From Candidatus Bathyarchaeia archaeon (GTDB lineage: Archaea > Thermoproteota > Bathyarchaeia > Bathyarchaeales > Bathycorpusculaceae), in the NCBI GenBank assembly GCA_049512075.1, contig JBEKXL010000002.1:96001-160000 (forward strand): 64,000 bases of DNA, in the 5' to 3' direction. The notes below the pieces were generated by a model that worked only from the letters and a program-made list of their open reading frames with translations, did not search any database and was not told the DNA's origin. Position 1 is the first letter of the stretch. Each line of letters begins with the position of its first letter. This document shows, piece by piece, positions 29,500 to 39,574 of the stretch. A program made the position numbers and the translations under genes.

Positions 29500-29988
29500 T
29501 TATATTTCACTACCGCTTTTTGTTTTTGATTTTTCAACGAGCTTTACGTAATCGGAATTCACGGTTATCGGCAGCGTGAAAGTTGCTTCGAGAAGCTCGA
29601 GGGTGACCTCTGCCTTGGTTTTGTCGATTCGAGTTATTTTTGCCCGCATGCCCTTGAAGGGTCCACCGGTCACTTCGACTATGTCGTTTTCACTTAACTC
29701 TTCAATAATCGGTTTCTTAACGATGTATCTTTCAATCTCTGCAAAGCTCACGATGCCCGGTATCCTTGACCGTACGTGTTTCACGCCTGTTATTGCTTCT
29801 TCCACCAGATGCGGGCCTTGAGCCTCTATGAAAACGTACCCCCTTAATGCTTCGGGCACGAGAATGGCTTTTACAGGTATCTTGTTCATTTCGACCTTTG
29901 CGGCAACGAGCCTGGCGACGTTCCTCTCCTGGCCGGTTGTTGTTTTAACGGCGAAAATCTTCGGCTGGATTTCCTCGTGCCCTTCCAT
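29500..29988 (-). CDS. spt5: Transcription elongation factor Spt5/NusG
   Basis: KTTTGQE, RGYVFIEA, KOW motif GGPFKG. Confidence 0.96.
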   Translation of the reverse strand: MEGHEEIQPKIFAVKTTTGQERNVARLVAAKVEMNKIPVKAILVPEALRGYVFIEAQGPHLVEEAITGVKHVRSRIPGIVSFAEIERYIVKKPIIEELSENDIVEVTGGPFKGMRAKITRIDKTKAEVTLELLEATFTLPITVNSDYVKLVEKSKTKSGSEI

Positions 29989-30008
29989 GAACGTTTCTTC
30001 CTTCTGTC

Positions 30009-30191
30009 CTAAGCTGCGGAGCTGCCAGGGTTCAAAACGGCTGATAACACTTTTATTACAAACCCTATCAATCCAATTGCTGAGATGCCAAGGAGACATA
30101 TTTTTATTGAGAGCCAGAGTTCGCTTCTTCCAGGTTTAATAGCAAGCCTTAACGTTCTTCCACACTGAGACAGGAAATCTCTTAAGCCCAT
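30009..30191 (-). CDS. secE: Protein translocase subunit SecE/Sec61-gamma
   Basis: LRLAIKP..E..GLIGFVI; directly upstream of spt5. Confidence 0.9.
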   Translation of the reverse strand: MGLRDFLSQCGRTLRLAIKPGRSELWLSIKICLLGISAIGLIGFVIKVLSAVLNPGSSAA

Positions 30192-30243
30192 GGTTCATCG
30201 CTTCCTCAACATTCCAATCTGATATAAACGTTACTATAGTCCG

Positions 30244-31050
30244 CTAGATAAACCCGCGCGTTTCTATTAACTTTTCCCTTTCGTCTCTTTGATAGGGAGA
30301 AAAATCGGTCTTCGCCAAGGTAGGTTTAGCGTCGCTTTTTCTGCGGAGCTTTTTCGAGGCGCTTCTTCTTCTTGAGGATAACACACCGAGTGCAATAGCT
30401 ATTGCGACGGTGACCCACAGCAACAGCCACCATAAGATTGGCGCGCTCCACATGTTTGTCTCGCTCACGAGCACGTCTGTGTACCCGGCCCCAAGGTACT
30501 TCAATCCCTCTGTCAGAACGCCTGACTGTTTGTCCCAATAGAAGACGTAGTTGTTCCCTTGCCAAGTGAAGTTTGTGAAGATGACTGTTCTGTCTGCACC
30601 AGCATAGGATTTCGTTGTTTCGCCAAAGACGGTCTGGTTGCCAAACCCTTGGCCTAAGTAAACGGAATCATTTATGCCCAGTCCTGCAGGAATGAAATAC
30701 ACGCGTGCATTGAACCACGGGTCCATCATAATATCGTCTTGAGCGTCCCGGGACGTCAAATCAATAGTCTTTGTTTCGTTCATTATAGTCAAGCTCGAAG
30801 TGTAAAGTGTAGCGTTAACCGTGACATTCGCTCCTTCAACACTCAGAAACTCCATTCTCACCAATTGATTACTTGGCAGACCACTTGCAATTTGCATCTC
30901 GTCTTGCAACTCATATTCTATCCAGTCTCCACTCTTTCCACCGAACGTGAGGCTTGCCAAGGCTGAGACACTGGCAATTGAAAACGCAAGAAACAACATG
31001 ACAATGATTGTGCCTGCTTGAATTGTTTTCATCTGATTCTTCCCGTTCAA
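30244..31050 (-). CDS. Secreted, C-terminally anchored hypothetical protein
   Basis: Signal peptide, GDWIEY..YWDKQSGVL..ETNMW pattern, TM helix plus basic tail. Confidence 0.7.
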   Translation of the reverse strand: MNGKNQMKTIQAGTIIVMLFLAFSIASVSALASLTFGGKSGDWIEYELQDEMQIASGLPSNQLVRMEFLSVEGANVTVNATLYTSSLTIMNETKTIDLTSRDAQDDIMMDPWFNARVYFIPAGLGINDSVYLGQGFGNQTVFGETTKSYAGADRTVIFTNFTWQGNNYVFYWDKQSGVLTEGLKYLGAGYTDVLVSETNMWSAPILWWLLLWVTVAIAIALGVLSSRRRSASKKLRRKSDAKPTLAKTDFSPYQRDEREKLIETRGFI

Positions 31051-31075
31051 ATGGAAATGTGGTTCAAGGGAAGGG

Positions 31076-31900
31076 TTAAACTTTTTGGATATGGAGGTGT
31101 ATTTTGTTGAGCATTTCGAGGACTGTGGGTTTGTCGTCTCCCTTTATTCCTTTCCAGTCCAGAACTGCATATTCCACTTTTTCCAGTGTCCTATTGATAC
31201 ATTGCTGAAGGATTCCTGAGTCTATCTGCGATACAGAATGCTTCGGTATAATATGGCCGAATGCAACCTCCGTTTCCAGTGCTATTTTAGTGAACTTGCT
31301 GTTGTAGTGGGGTCCACCTATGCCTAACACTGTCTCGGCTGAGACGATTCGGAATTTTGAGACCGCTCCCATTGCGGCGTGAGCAACGGCTTCTGCAGCT
31401 GCCGTATCGTTCCATTGCTCAGGCGAGCTTCCGAGTTCGGCAAACATGGTGGGGGTATTCAATGATGGTCCGTGATGAGTGCCTTCGTACGAAACTTCGT
31501 ACTTGAGCTGCATTTCTTCTCTCATCTTCGACATAACCTTTAGAGCCTCTCGCATGGCATTGCCTGGAGAAACTGAAACTTCCCGTGGCTTACCTCCTAA
31601 CTCTGCCGGTCCTAAATTGCCTGGTGTGTGAACTGAGAGTGTGGGTGTGCCGCTCATGCTGCTGTGTCTTGAGATGAACACTATTAGCTCGGGATCGATG
31701 AAGAATGTGGTCAAATCCTGCGCGTATATGGACTCTTGGTTCAGAGTTATGAGCTGGACGTCTTTGCCGTTAACTTGGCCAGCGTATGTCGTGTTTTCTT
31801 GAAATCTTGCTGTTGTTTCATTGAAACGGTATTTGGTCAACAGCTGTTTCTTGATGTTGAGGCTTGCTGGATCCTTGTTTGAGGCTACGACCAAAATCAT
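31076..31900 (-). CDS. dtdA: D-aminoacyl-tRNA deacylase (archaeal/GEK1 type)
   Basis: SRHSS, HTPGN, YEGTHHGP, ELGS, GIGGPHY. Confidence 0.92.
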   Translation of the reverse strand: MILVVASNKDPASLNIKKQLLTKYRFNETTARFQENTTYAGQVNGKDVQLITLNQESIYAQDLTTFFIDPELIVFISRHSSMSGTPTLSVHTPGNLGPAELGGKPREVSVSPGNAMREALKVMSKMREEMQLKYEVSYEGTHHGPSLNTPTMFAELGSSPEQWNDTAAAEAVAHAAMGAVSKFRIVSAETVLGIGGPHYNSKFTKIALETEVAFGHIIPKHSVSQIDSGILQQCINRTLEKVEYAVLDWKGIKGDDKPTVLEMLNKIHLHIQKV

Positions 31901-32009
31901 CGGCTATTCTTCCGCATGTAAGGTGTAGTGTTCTGGAAAAAAGGTTTCCATAAAGCTTATAATTCCCGAAGTCGGTTGAAGCGTTGAAAGTTCAGCCAAG
32001 GGTGAATAC

Positions 32010-32924
32010 ATGCATCTGATTAACTTCAAGGAATTGACTGGACAACAACTCGCTGAAATCGTCGACAAAGGTGTCGAAATCAAGCGTGACCCAAACAAGT
32101 ATCGGAAATCGTTAGATGGCAAGTCTCTGGCACTGATTTTTCAGAAGACCTCAACTAGGACACGGGTTTCCTTCGAGGTAGCCATGACTCAGCTCGGCGG
32201 TCACGGGTTATTTATCGACTGGAGGACGACGAACTTTGCCCTCGCAGACATAGGCGACGAAACTCAGTATCTCTCACGCAACGTTGACTGCATAATGGCC
32301 AGACTGCTGAAAAACGCAGATCTGCAAAGCATGGCCAGGAATTCACGCGTCGCTGTTATCAACGGCTGCGACGAGAAGTATCATCCCAGCCAGGCAATCG
32401 CCGATTTAATTACGGTCAAAGAGAACAAGGGCAACTTGAAGGGTGCCAAACTCGTGTACATAGGCATCCATAACAACGTTTGCAACTCGCTCGTGGAAGG
32501 CTGCACCAAGACGGGCGTCAGAATAACGACTGTGACGCCAATATTCAATGAGCCGGCACGTGACAAGGAGCTTCTGGAAGAGGCTCAGAGAACTGATCTT
32601 TGGGAAACCACGCTTGACGTGAAGGCAGCCGTCAAGGATGCAGACTTCGTTTACACTGACACTTGGGTGGATATGGAATTCTTCACGGACCCGAAATTCG
32701 CCGCGGAAAAGGAGAAACGTGTCAAGCTGATGATGCCCTACCAGTTGAACAAGGAATTGTTGAAGAACAGCAGCGCCTACGTGATGCACGACATGCCTAT
32801 CCACAGGGAATACGAAATAACCGCGGAAGTTATTGAATGTCCAAAATCCGTGATATACGAACAGAGCGAGAACAGACTGTACTCCGCAAAAGCAATTCTG
32901 CTGAAACTGTTAGACAAGTACTAG
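32010..32924 (+). CDS. argF: Ornithine carbamoyltransferase
   Basis: STRTR, HPSQ, YTDTWVDM, HDMP. Confidence 0.9.
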   Translation: MHLINFKELTGQQLAEIVDKGVEIKRDPNKYRKSLDGKSLALIFQKTSTRTRVSFEVAMTQLGGHGLFIDWRTTNFALADIGDETQYLSRNVDCIMARLLKNADLQSMARNSRVAVINGCDEKYHPSQAIADLITVKENKGNLKGAKLVYIGIHNNVCNSLVEGCTKTGVRITTVTPIFNEPARDKELLEEAQRTDLWETTLDVKAAVKDADFVYTDTWVDMEFFTDPKFAAEKEKRVKLMMPYQLNKELLKNSSAYVMHDMPIHREYEITAEVIECPKSVIYEQSENRLYSAKAILLKLLDKY

Positions 32925-32955
32925 GCTGTTGGATTACAACATCCTCGTGCTAGGC

Positions 32956-33861
32956 TCATTTGAGGATCATTTGGACGAATCTTTCTGGATCGAACTCTTC
33001 TAAATCGTCGTACCCCTGCCCTGTTCCGATGAATAATATCGGTTTCTGAGTGACGTGCGTTACGCTCAGGGCTGAGCCGCCTTTAACGTCAGCGTCAACC
33101 TTGGTTAATATTGTGGCGTCTATTCCCACGCACTTGTTGAACTCTTCTGCCTGCATTACAGCATCGTTTCCGATGAGGGAATCCACAGTTAATACGGTCA
33201 GGTCTGGGTTTACGACTCGTTTGATTTTTGCCAGTTCATTCATCAGGTTCTGGTTTGTCTGCATTCGCCCCGCAGTGTCTATTAGGACGACGTTTATTCC
33301 GTGTGCCTTGGCGTGGCTTATCGTATCATACGCCACTGCGGCGGGGTCGGCGCCGTAAGCGTGCTTGATCATCTTTGTTCCCAGTCTTCTAGCGTGTTCC
33401 TCCAGTTGTTCGATGGAACCGGCTCGGTAAGTGTCGCTGCAGGCAATGACCGCTGAGTATCCTTTCTTGTTCAAGAACCGACAGACTTTGGCGATGGTTG
33501 TGGTTTTTCCCGTGCCGTTTATTCCTACAAAGACTATGACGTACGGTTCGCCCTTGGTTCGTTTCTCTTGAATGGCCTTCAGCAAATCTATCTTGCTGTT
33601 CGTCTGCATGGTTTCCAAAAGTACTTCTCGGAGGTTTTTCTCCACGATTTTTCTGCGATCTTCGAGTCGTTTGACTTGAACTTTGTCCAGACGTTTTTCC
33701 ATCTCGTCGCAGACCAGTTCTGCAACTGGGAAGGCAACATCGTTCTCGACGAGGTTCATCTTGAAATCGGAGAGCAGTGGCCGCAGGTTTTCAGGCTTGA
33801 GTTCAATTGTTGTGACCTTGTTTACGAGCCCTTTTAACCCAGATTTCAGCTTTTCAAACAT
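32956..33861 (-). CDS. ftsY: SRP receptor FtsY
   Basis: GINGTGKTTT, DTAGR, TKVDADVKGG. Confidence 0.96.
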   Translation of the reverse strand: MFEKLKSGLKGLVNKVTTIELKPENLRPLLSDFKMNLVENDVAFPVAELVCDEMEKRLDKVQVKRLEDRRKIVEKNLREVLLETMQTNSKIDLLKAIQEKRTKGEPYVIVFVGINGTGKTTTIAKVCRFLNKKGYSAVIACSDTYRAGSIEQLEEHARRLGTKMIKHAYGADPAAVAYDTISHAKAHGINVVLIDTAGRMQTNQNLMNELAKIKRVVNPDLTVLTVDSLIGNDAVMQAEEFNKCVGIDATILTKVDADVKGGSALSVTHVTQKPILFIGTGQGYDDLEEFDPERFVQMILK

Positions 33862-33862
33862 T

Positions 33863-34300
33863 TTAGGAAGTTTTCTCTCCTCTAACCGTGGCAGCTAGCT
33901 CCTCGAATCTTTCTCTGTCTTCATTGATTTTCTCTGCAACATGGGCGAATTGCTGCTGGGTTGATGTTCTTGCCTTCTCCAAGTCTTCCAGACGCTTTTT
34001 GATGGCATCCTTTGCTTCTTGGCGCGTTTTTTCAACCGAGACTCCCGCGCCTATTCCAACGATTATCTTGTCTGGATTGTCCAGTTTTGCCCTGATGTAC
34101 GAGGTGCCGCCGATTGGGACAAGAAGCTCAGAGTTCTCTTTTTCTTTTTCCAAACTCTCCAACGTCATGTTCGCATAGGTCAAGTCCTGGGTAACAGCGT
34201 TTAACATGCTAAGTCTAGACTGTAACGCCTCTGCCGTCTGCTCGAGAAATCGTAGTTCAACGCTTATCTTTCGAATCTCTTCCTCGTTCTTGCTAGCCAA
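33863..34300 (-). CDS. pfdA: Prefoldin alpha subunit
   Basis: ELLVPIGG..VGIGAGVSVEK hairpins between coiled coils. Confidence 0.93.
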   Translation of the reverse strand: MASKNEEEIRKISVELRFLEQTAEALQSRLSMLNAVTQDLTYANMTLESLEKEKENSELLVPIGGTSYIRAKLDNPDKIIVGIGAGVSVEKTRQEAKDAIKKRLEDLEKARTSTQQQFAHVAEKINEDRERFEELAATVRGEKTS

Positions 34301-34541
34301 CCTGTTCCTCACCAGTGACTAATTTCTTCAGCAACGGATTCTCTATCTGGTCAGGAGGGACCTCTTCGACGCTTGTTATCTTTATGTGGCAACGCTTAAC
34401 ACGATGTTTGCTTCCTATCTCAGCATAAACCTTTTCCACGGCGTGCTCGGGTTTCTCCGCCACGATCTCCTTTCCAAAAGGAGTCTTCAGGTTCGGTTTC
34501 AGGATTTCACCTGTTACTCTGAAAACTTTCAATCTCTTCAT
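34293..34541 (-). CDS. rpl18a: 50S ribosomal protein eL20 (L18Ae/LX)
   Basis: EKVYAEIGSKHRVKR..IKI. Confidence 0.92.
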   Translation of the reverse strand: MKRLKVFRVTGEILKPNLKTPFGKEIVAEKPEHAVEKVYAEIGSKHRVKRCHIKITSVEEVPPDQIENPLLKKLVTGEEQVG

Positions 34542-35214
34542 CCTCTTTTACAACATCCAAAGCATTCCCAATTATAAACATCTCGGGTCCTGTTGTTAGC
34601 AGACCAGCAACGGCGGCATGGCTGTTTGCGATGAGACCCGTTCCAACATAGGGTATTCCACAGTTTATCGAGCCAACATCGACTGGAACTTTCAACACAT
34701 CTTCCAAGGTTTTCCTTTCCTGCTCCTTCAACAACGGATGCGCTAAAACGCCTTTGTTTGTGGCCACTGCCAGGGAGCCAACATAGGGCAGTCCGGCAAT
34801 TTCGCTCGGAACCGTCTCAACGCACAGAGTCTCAGATATGGTCTGCACGTCCGAACTCTTCAATCGTGGATCAACGATTGCGCCGTGATCGTTTGCCAGA
34901 ACCAGGTTTCCATACGCGGTTTTCCTGGTCTCCATTATCGTTATGTTCCCTTCAAAGCCGCACCTTATGCTTTGAAGCTCCTCTTCTCGAACGAAGCTGG
35001 GAAGCAGGATTCCGTTTGAATTCGCATAGGCAAGCGCACCGGCAAGGATTGAGCCTCCGATTGCCGTGTGTACTAGCTTGACTCTTAACCATTGGCTGAG
35101 TCTCTCAGCCTTTTTTGTTGGTACCGATTTTGGAACTATGAGCATCTTTTCTGTTGCCAAGGAGTAGACACCTATGCTCGGGGTTCCGATAAGGCTCGAC
35201 AGGTATATGGCCAA
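34507..35214 (-). CDS. eif6: Translation initiation factor 6
   Basis: GNLVLAND, GSINCG.PYVG.GLIAN, TTGPE. Confidence 0.95.
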   Translation of the reverse strand: MAIYLSSLIGTPSIGVYSLATEKMLIVPKSVPTKKAERLSQWLRVKLVHTAIGGSILAGALAYANSNGILLPSFVREEELQSIRCGFEGNITIMETRKTAYGNLVLANDHGAIVDPRLKSSDVQTISETLCVETVPSEIAGLPYVGSLAVATNKGVLAHPLLKEQERKTLEDVLKVPVDVGSINCGIPYVGTGLIANSHAAVAGLLTTGPEMFIIGNALDVVKEDEEIESFQSNR

Positions 35215-35217
35215 GGA

Positions 35218-35730
35218 TTAATCTCCTTCGGCCAGATAAACCGTGATATTGCCATCCTTGTCTTTTGCAGCCCTTACCCGAATTTTCCTCGGAGGCTTCT
35301 CCACGCCCCTTTCCCAAACCTTCTCATTCACTTCGTTGCTGATAATGAGTTTTGGAGGTTCTTCTTCTTCCTCTTCTCCTTCTTTTTTGGCTTCCAGCTT
35401 CATGTGTTTTGTTATGAAGGCTCTGATCATCCGCATCGCTCTGGGCGTTCTTTTCCTCGGCGGCATAATCCAAGCTTTCCCCAGTGGAACCGTGTAGATT
35501 CTTTCTTCAACTATTTCTTCTTCCTCAGGCTTCTCTTCCCGTAAGGGCGGCTTGCCTTCTTCCTTTTCCTCGCTGGGTGCCTGCGCCTCTTCCTCCTTGG
35601 GTTCAGCTTCTTCTGGAGTTTCCTCTTCTTTTTCTGTCTTCTCTTCCAGTGTCTCTTCAGCAGTTTCAGTCATTTCTTCTTCTGTTTCTTGAGCTTTCTG
35701 TTCTTCTTTTTTGCTCTCCTCTTCAGCCAA
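35218..35730 (-). CDS. rpl31e: 50S ribosomal protein eL31 with long acidic N-terminal extension
   Basis: ERIYTVPL..RTPRA..NEKVWERG..PPRKIRV; likely TTG start after the rpl39e stop. Confidence 0.93.
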   Translation of the reverse strand: MAEEESKKEEQKAQETEEEMTETAEETLEEKTEKEEETPEEAEPKEEEAQAPSEEKEEGKPPLREEKPEEEEIVEERIYTVPLGKAWIMPPRKRTPRAMRMIRAFITKHMKLEAKKEGEEEEEEPPKLIISNEVNEKVWERGVEKPPRKIRVRAAKDKDGNITVYLAEGD

Positions 35731-35741
35731 GCCTTTCCCTC

Positions 35742-35897
35742 CTAGGCCCTTATTTTCCTCTGTCGCCATTGTCTTCTCTTGGGGTGTGCTCTGAATTTGC
35801 CTCCCGTTCTGGCCATAACCCACGTTGGCACTGGTTTCTTCTCCTTTCCCGCTTTTGCAAGCCTGCGTTTCTTTGCCGTTGGCTTATTTCGGGTCAT
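35742..35897 (-). CDS. rpl39e: 50S ribosomal protein eL39 (missing from the ORF track)
   Basis: MTRNKPTAKKRRLAKAGKEKKPVPTWVMARTGGKFRAHPKRRQWRQRKIRA, 51 aa. Confidence 0.95.
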   Translation of the reverse strand: MTRNKPTAKKRRLAKAGKEKKPVPTWVMARTGGKFRAHPKRRQWRQRKIRA

Positions 35898-35899
35898 CT

Positions 35900-36238
35900 T
35901 TATCTCCTTCTTATTGTGGTTTCTCGCTTACGCGATTGAAGCTGGGCCAGTATTTTCTTGAGCTGCTCATCCGCCAACGGGATTGGTATTTTCCCCTGCT
36001 GTGCCAACTGGATAAGCTGCAACTCTAGTTGATCTGTGAATTCAGGCTTTACCATTTTCAGGTTCGTCAACCTCTGCCTGGCCTCGGGCGATAATATATT
36101 TCTCAGCAATGCCTGTTTCTGCTGTTCCAGCTGTTGCTCCATCTGGGCGCTTCTCTGCTCGTCCGACATTTGTCTCTGAAGCGCTGAGAGTTTTTTTCTG
36201 CGGAGTTGTTCCAGTTCTTCATCTGACATTTCACTCAC
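35900..36238 (-). CDS. PDCD5-like DNA-binding protein
   Basis: ILSPEARQRL.NLKMVKPE..LIQLAQ.G. Confidence 0.92.
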   Translation of the reverse strand: MSEMSDEELEQLRRKKLSALQRQMSDEQRSAQMEQQLEQQKQALLRNILSPEARQRLTNLKMVKPEFTDQLELQLIQLAQQGKIPIPLADEQLKKILAQLQSRKRETTIRRR

Positions 36239-36698
36239 CTTTTTGGTACTTCTCCAGTTCTGGAAGCTCCTTCACCAATTCTCTACTCAGCTCTTCAGCC
36301 AGTTCCTGCAGAAGCTTTCTTCCCTCTCGGGTCAGTCTCCTTCCGCGGGGTTTGAACGTTTCAATGTAACCAGCAGTTTCCAACTGTTGAAGTGCCTTTC
36401 TTATCGTTGAGCCGCCTGCTTTGGCTGCATGTCCGGGTTTGACTCCGTAGTTCTTTCTTCCGCCGTAGTCAGCTCTCAGTTTTTCAATACCTATCGGGCC
36501 GTGGATGTAGATTTTTCTCAGCAAAGAAGCCGACCGCACGTACCACCAGTCTGGATCCTGTGGCTGCTTTTCAACGTGGGTGCCCGTTTTTGCCATGCTC
36601 GCCCATGCTGGCGGAGTTACAGTATCCACGTTTTCTTTCAGGTACTTGGCTAGTTTTTCTATGAGCTTGGACGCTGGAACATCGTTAGGGGTTATCAA
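36231..36698 (-). CDS. rps19e: 30S ribosomal protein eS19
   Basis: WWYVRSASLLRKIY..YGG..IRKALQQLE. Confidence 0.96.
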   Translation of the reverse strand: MITPNDVPASKLIEKLAKYLKENVDTVTPPAWASMAKTGTHVEKQPQDPDWWYVRSASLLRKIYIHGPIGIEKLRADYGGRKNYGVKPGHAAKAGGSTIRKALQQLETAGYIETFKPRGRRLTREGRKLLQELAEELSRELVKELPELEKYQKGE

Positions 36699-36757
36699 GA
36701 CTCTTTGTCCTCTTGGCGTTTCTTCCAGTAAAATCATGAAGCCTCATATAAAGGCTT

Positions 36758-37039
36758 TCACTTTTTGTCAGATTTGTAAAGCATGAAGGTGTGGCCTCTA
36801 ACTTCAACCAATGATGCTGCTGTTTGTTCGGCAATCTTCATGGCAATCTGCTTTGCTTCTTCATGGGCAAGGGCGGTTTTCAAGATCCTAACCTTAACCA
36901 TTTCTTGTCTCTTCAACTGTTTCTCGATTTCCTCCAATACGTCCTTTGAGGCGCCGCTCTTGCCAACGCACACCGCGGACTTTCCTTGGGCAAGCGTGCT
37001 TTTAACGTACCGTTTCTTTGCAACAGTCACTTTGCTCAT
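36758..37039 (-). CDS. YhbY/CRM RNA-binding protein
   Basis: VGKSG..EMVKVRIL..RGHTFMLY. Confidence 0.88.
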   Translation of the reverse strand: MSKVTVAKKRYVKSTLAQGKSAVCVGKSGASKDVLEEIEKQLKRQEMVKVRILKTALAHEEAKQIAMKIAEQTAASLVEVRGHTFMLYKSDKK

Positions 37040-37380
37040 TGCTCTCTTCTTCCTTCTCTTTTTGAAAGGGGGATTCGCGTCTGTCTCCCACAGTTGAGAC
37101 AGGTAATCACGACGTGCGGTTCTCTCAGCTGCTTTACTCGCACGCGACAGTTGACACCGGGCAAGATGAAGCTTTTGCAGTGCCTGCAGATTTGACGTCT
37201 GTACTGTGTTGGTAGACGAATCTTTGCCGCCATAGCTATTCTTCTAGCTATATTCACGTATCGTTGGGCCAGCACTGGGTCTTGATCCACAGTTTCTTCT
37301 GCCAAGCCGAAAAGCGTTTGAACACGTTGCCTCGCTATGCTTCTGGTGTTGTCGTTCACCCTGCCACCCTTCTCTGCCAA
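37036..37380 (-). CDS. rnp4: RNase P protein subunit Rpp21
   Basis: AQRYV..ICRHC..PG..ITCLNCG zinc ribbon. Confidence 0.93.
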   Translation of the reverse strand: MAEKGGRVNDNTRSIARQRVQTLFGLAEETVDQDPVLAQRYVNIARRIAMAAKIRLPTQYRRQICRHCKSFILPGVNCRVRVKQLREPHVVITCLNCGRQTRIPLSKREGRREQ

Positions 37381-37599
37381 GTCTCTGCTTAATACATCTG
37401 ACGTAGTTGCTCTTCCAATGTAAACGTTTCTCAGACTCGTCTTGTTTCTGGCCCTGCGTTTCCCCTTTCTTTGGGAGCGCGCGCCGGTTCTGTGTCTTCC
37501 GTTTGTAGATAGGTTAGGAGAGTTCCAGTAGCGCTCTCTCTCGTCTACCTCCTAGCAAGACGAAGACGGATGCAACGTGGGAAGCTTGGCTTCTGACTG

Positions 37600-37710
37600 C
37601 AAAATGTTTGGTGTCTGAGTGTGCGGCTTTGCTTCAGGAAAACTCTGTGACCTCTGAAGGCTTCGGCGCTGACCCCCCCCTCCTTTTTCGTAACATCACA
37701 TAACATTGTT
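37600..37710 (+). repeat. Degenerate copy of a dispersed repeat also found at 61298-61478
   Basis: AAAACTCTGTGACCT exact at 37639 and 61333, followed in both by a C-run/T-run and GTAA motif. Confidence 0.55.
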
Positions 37711-37823
37711 TTGTCACGAGCCTCGAAGGGATAGGCGCGCGGGGGAAAGAGCTCAAAGAAAAAGGAAGCTTATCTCGACAGGAAAAGATTTGAATAGGCT
37801 CAGGTTTCTCTTAAAACTGGTGT

Positions 37824-38072
37824 TTGGAATTGGGTGAACTCAAGACAATAGTTGCGAAGATCGAATCTGACATGCTGAGTGTTCCTGAAGAGGTTAGGGA
37901 GATACTCGGCCACGACACCAGGCTCATCGTTGGCACGGCCGCAGTCCTCGCGTTTTCAGCTGGCACTTCTTACGCAGATATCCTTAGGAGTGTCGAATTA
38001 ATACAGGATGACCTAAAACTTCGTATGGCCAAGGAAAAATCAGGAACATCAAAACCAAGACGTTCCAAGTAG
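37824..38072 (+). CDS. Small hypothetical protein
   Basis: 82-aa ORF, TTG start, protein-like composition. Confidence 0.45.
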   Translation: MELGELKTIVAKIESDMLSVPEEVREILGHDTRLIVGTAAVLAFSAGTSYADILRSVELIQDDLKLRMAKEKSGTSKPRRSK

Positions 38073-38273
38073 AGAGTAACAATCGCTGAGAACCGTGTTT
38101 TCTTGAAATGTGCAAATGGAATAATCTAGGAGGTCCTAGACTCTTAACAAGCGTATTGAACTCTATTGTTGTCCGCGAAGAACCATGTTCCATGGGATTG
38201 TGGGCGTTTTGATTATTGGTTTGGCGCTTCTCGAGATTTAATGTTTATATGTTCTAATGTCTAAGATTCTTTC

Positions 38274-39158
38274 ATGCAGCGTAGGCGTAGGAAGTCTCAT
38301 AACCTCAGGAATGCAGTAATCGTCATAATCCTATTGATCTTTATCATCAGCGTAGTCGTAGTGGCCTACCAGATGGGTGCGCGCGCGGGGCCTCCGATAT
38401 ATTCCGATGTCTCAACCACTTCAACGAAGGCGGCTTCCGCGTGTGCTTTCAGTGTTCTGTGGGCGGGTAACACGAACGTGAGCGGCTACATTTTTGGAAC
38501 GAACAACACGGGCGCATTCGTTAATGACACTTGGACGCCGTTCATCGATTTCGCGAATCAGACTTCCGCTTATTCCAGGGTGACGGAGACCTTGGACAAC
38601 ACAATTGGCGATGTTGTTAGCTGGGGCTTCTGGTGTAATGATACGAGTAACCGCTGGAGCGAGATTCCATTGCAGACCCTTTATGTCGTCACAGACAAGG
38701 TTCTCATCGAGACAAACATGGGAAACATAACGATTCTGTTGTTTGACGACATGCCCATCACAACGGGAAACTTCAAGAATCTGGTAAGAACAGGAGTGTA
38801 TGACGGAACAAACTTCACCCGAGTTGCTCCGGGTTTTGTGATTCAAGGCGGGGACGCTACGCCTAAGGCAGTGCAGAATATTACTGATGAACTTCCTAAC
38901 AAGCACAGCAACCTGCGGGGCTACGTGGCCATGGCGAAGACAAACGAGACCAACTCTGCTACGAGCCAGTTTTTCATTAACTTGAACGATTCAAACGCTG
39001 CCTTCTTGGACAGCAATTACTCGGTGTTCGGCAAAGTAATAGCAGGCATGGACGTCGTGGACGCGATCAGCCAGGTGCCATTCACTCCGGTTCTATCCGC
39101 GACTGATGGCACACCGATACAGCCAGTGACGATGATAAAGGTAATGTTCATAAGCTGA
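38274..39158 (+). CDS. Membrane-anchored cyclophilin-type peptidyl-prolyl isomerase with extra extracellular domain
   Basis: N-term TM; FTRVAPGFVIQGGD, SATSQFFIN, YSVFGKV. Confidence 0.9.
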   Translation: MQRRRRKSHNLRNAVIVIILLIFIISVVVVAYQMGARAGPPIYSDVSTTSTKAASACAFSVLWAGNTNVSGYIFGTNNTGAFVNDTWTPFIDFANQTSAYSRVTETLDNTIGDVVSWGFWCNDTSNRWSEIPLQTLYVVTDKVLIETNMGNITILLFDDMPITTGNFKNLVRTGVYDGTNFTRVAPGFVIQGGDATPKAVQNITDELPNKHSNLRGYVAMAKTNETNSATSQFFINLNDSNAAFLDSNYSVFGKVIAGMDVVDAISQVPFTPVLSATDGTPIQPVTMIKVMFIS

Positions 39159-39211
39159 CTGGGTCGAGCAGCCTATCACATGTTCCAGCATACACACGGG
39201 ATTCTTATGAA

Positions 39212-39574
39212 GTGGAGAATAACCTAGCGGACAGCAATATCCATGTGTTGCTTGCTGAAGCAGATGGCGAGATAATGGCCTATGTCCAAGGCGAAGTTAC
39301 GAGCAGAAGTGACTACATGCCAAGGAATGTTGGTCATGTCCCGCTTATTTACGGCGTGAAACAGTTCAAAAGAAAAGGTGTTGGAAGACTTCTGGTGAAG
39401 GAACTCTGCAGATTCTTTAGCTCAAACAACGCTGAACACTTGACTGTAAGATACATTATCGGCAATAAGGAAACTGAGAGTTTCTGGAGAAAGCTTGGGT
39501 TTGAGTCAATAATAACGACGAGTGCCACTTATCTAAAGAAATTGGATTTCAACCTGAAAGCCATGGCCATCTAG
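39212..39574 (+). CDS. GNAT acetyltransferase, probably N-terminally truncated
   Basis: FKRKGVGRLL acetyl-CoA motif, N..FWRKLGF. Confidence 0.7.
   Translation: MENNLADSNIHVLLAEADGEIMAYVQGEVTSRSDYMPRNVGHVPLIYGVKQFKRKGVGRLLVKELCRFFSSNNAEHLTVRYIIGNKETESFWRKLGFESIITTSATYLKKLDFNLKAMAI

Noticed and set aside
15132-37380. Many 60-160-aa antisense and alternate-frame ORFs
   Set aside because: They overlap well-supported housekeeping genes and show no motifs.
37486-37508. GGTTCTGTGTCTTCCGTTTGTAG resembling the IS6 ends
   Set aside because: Needs several gaps; no partner end or TSD found.
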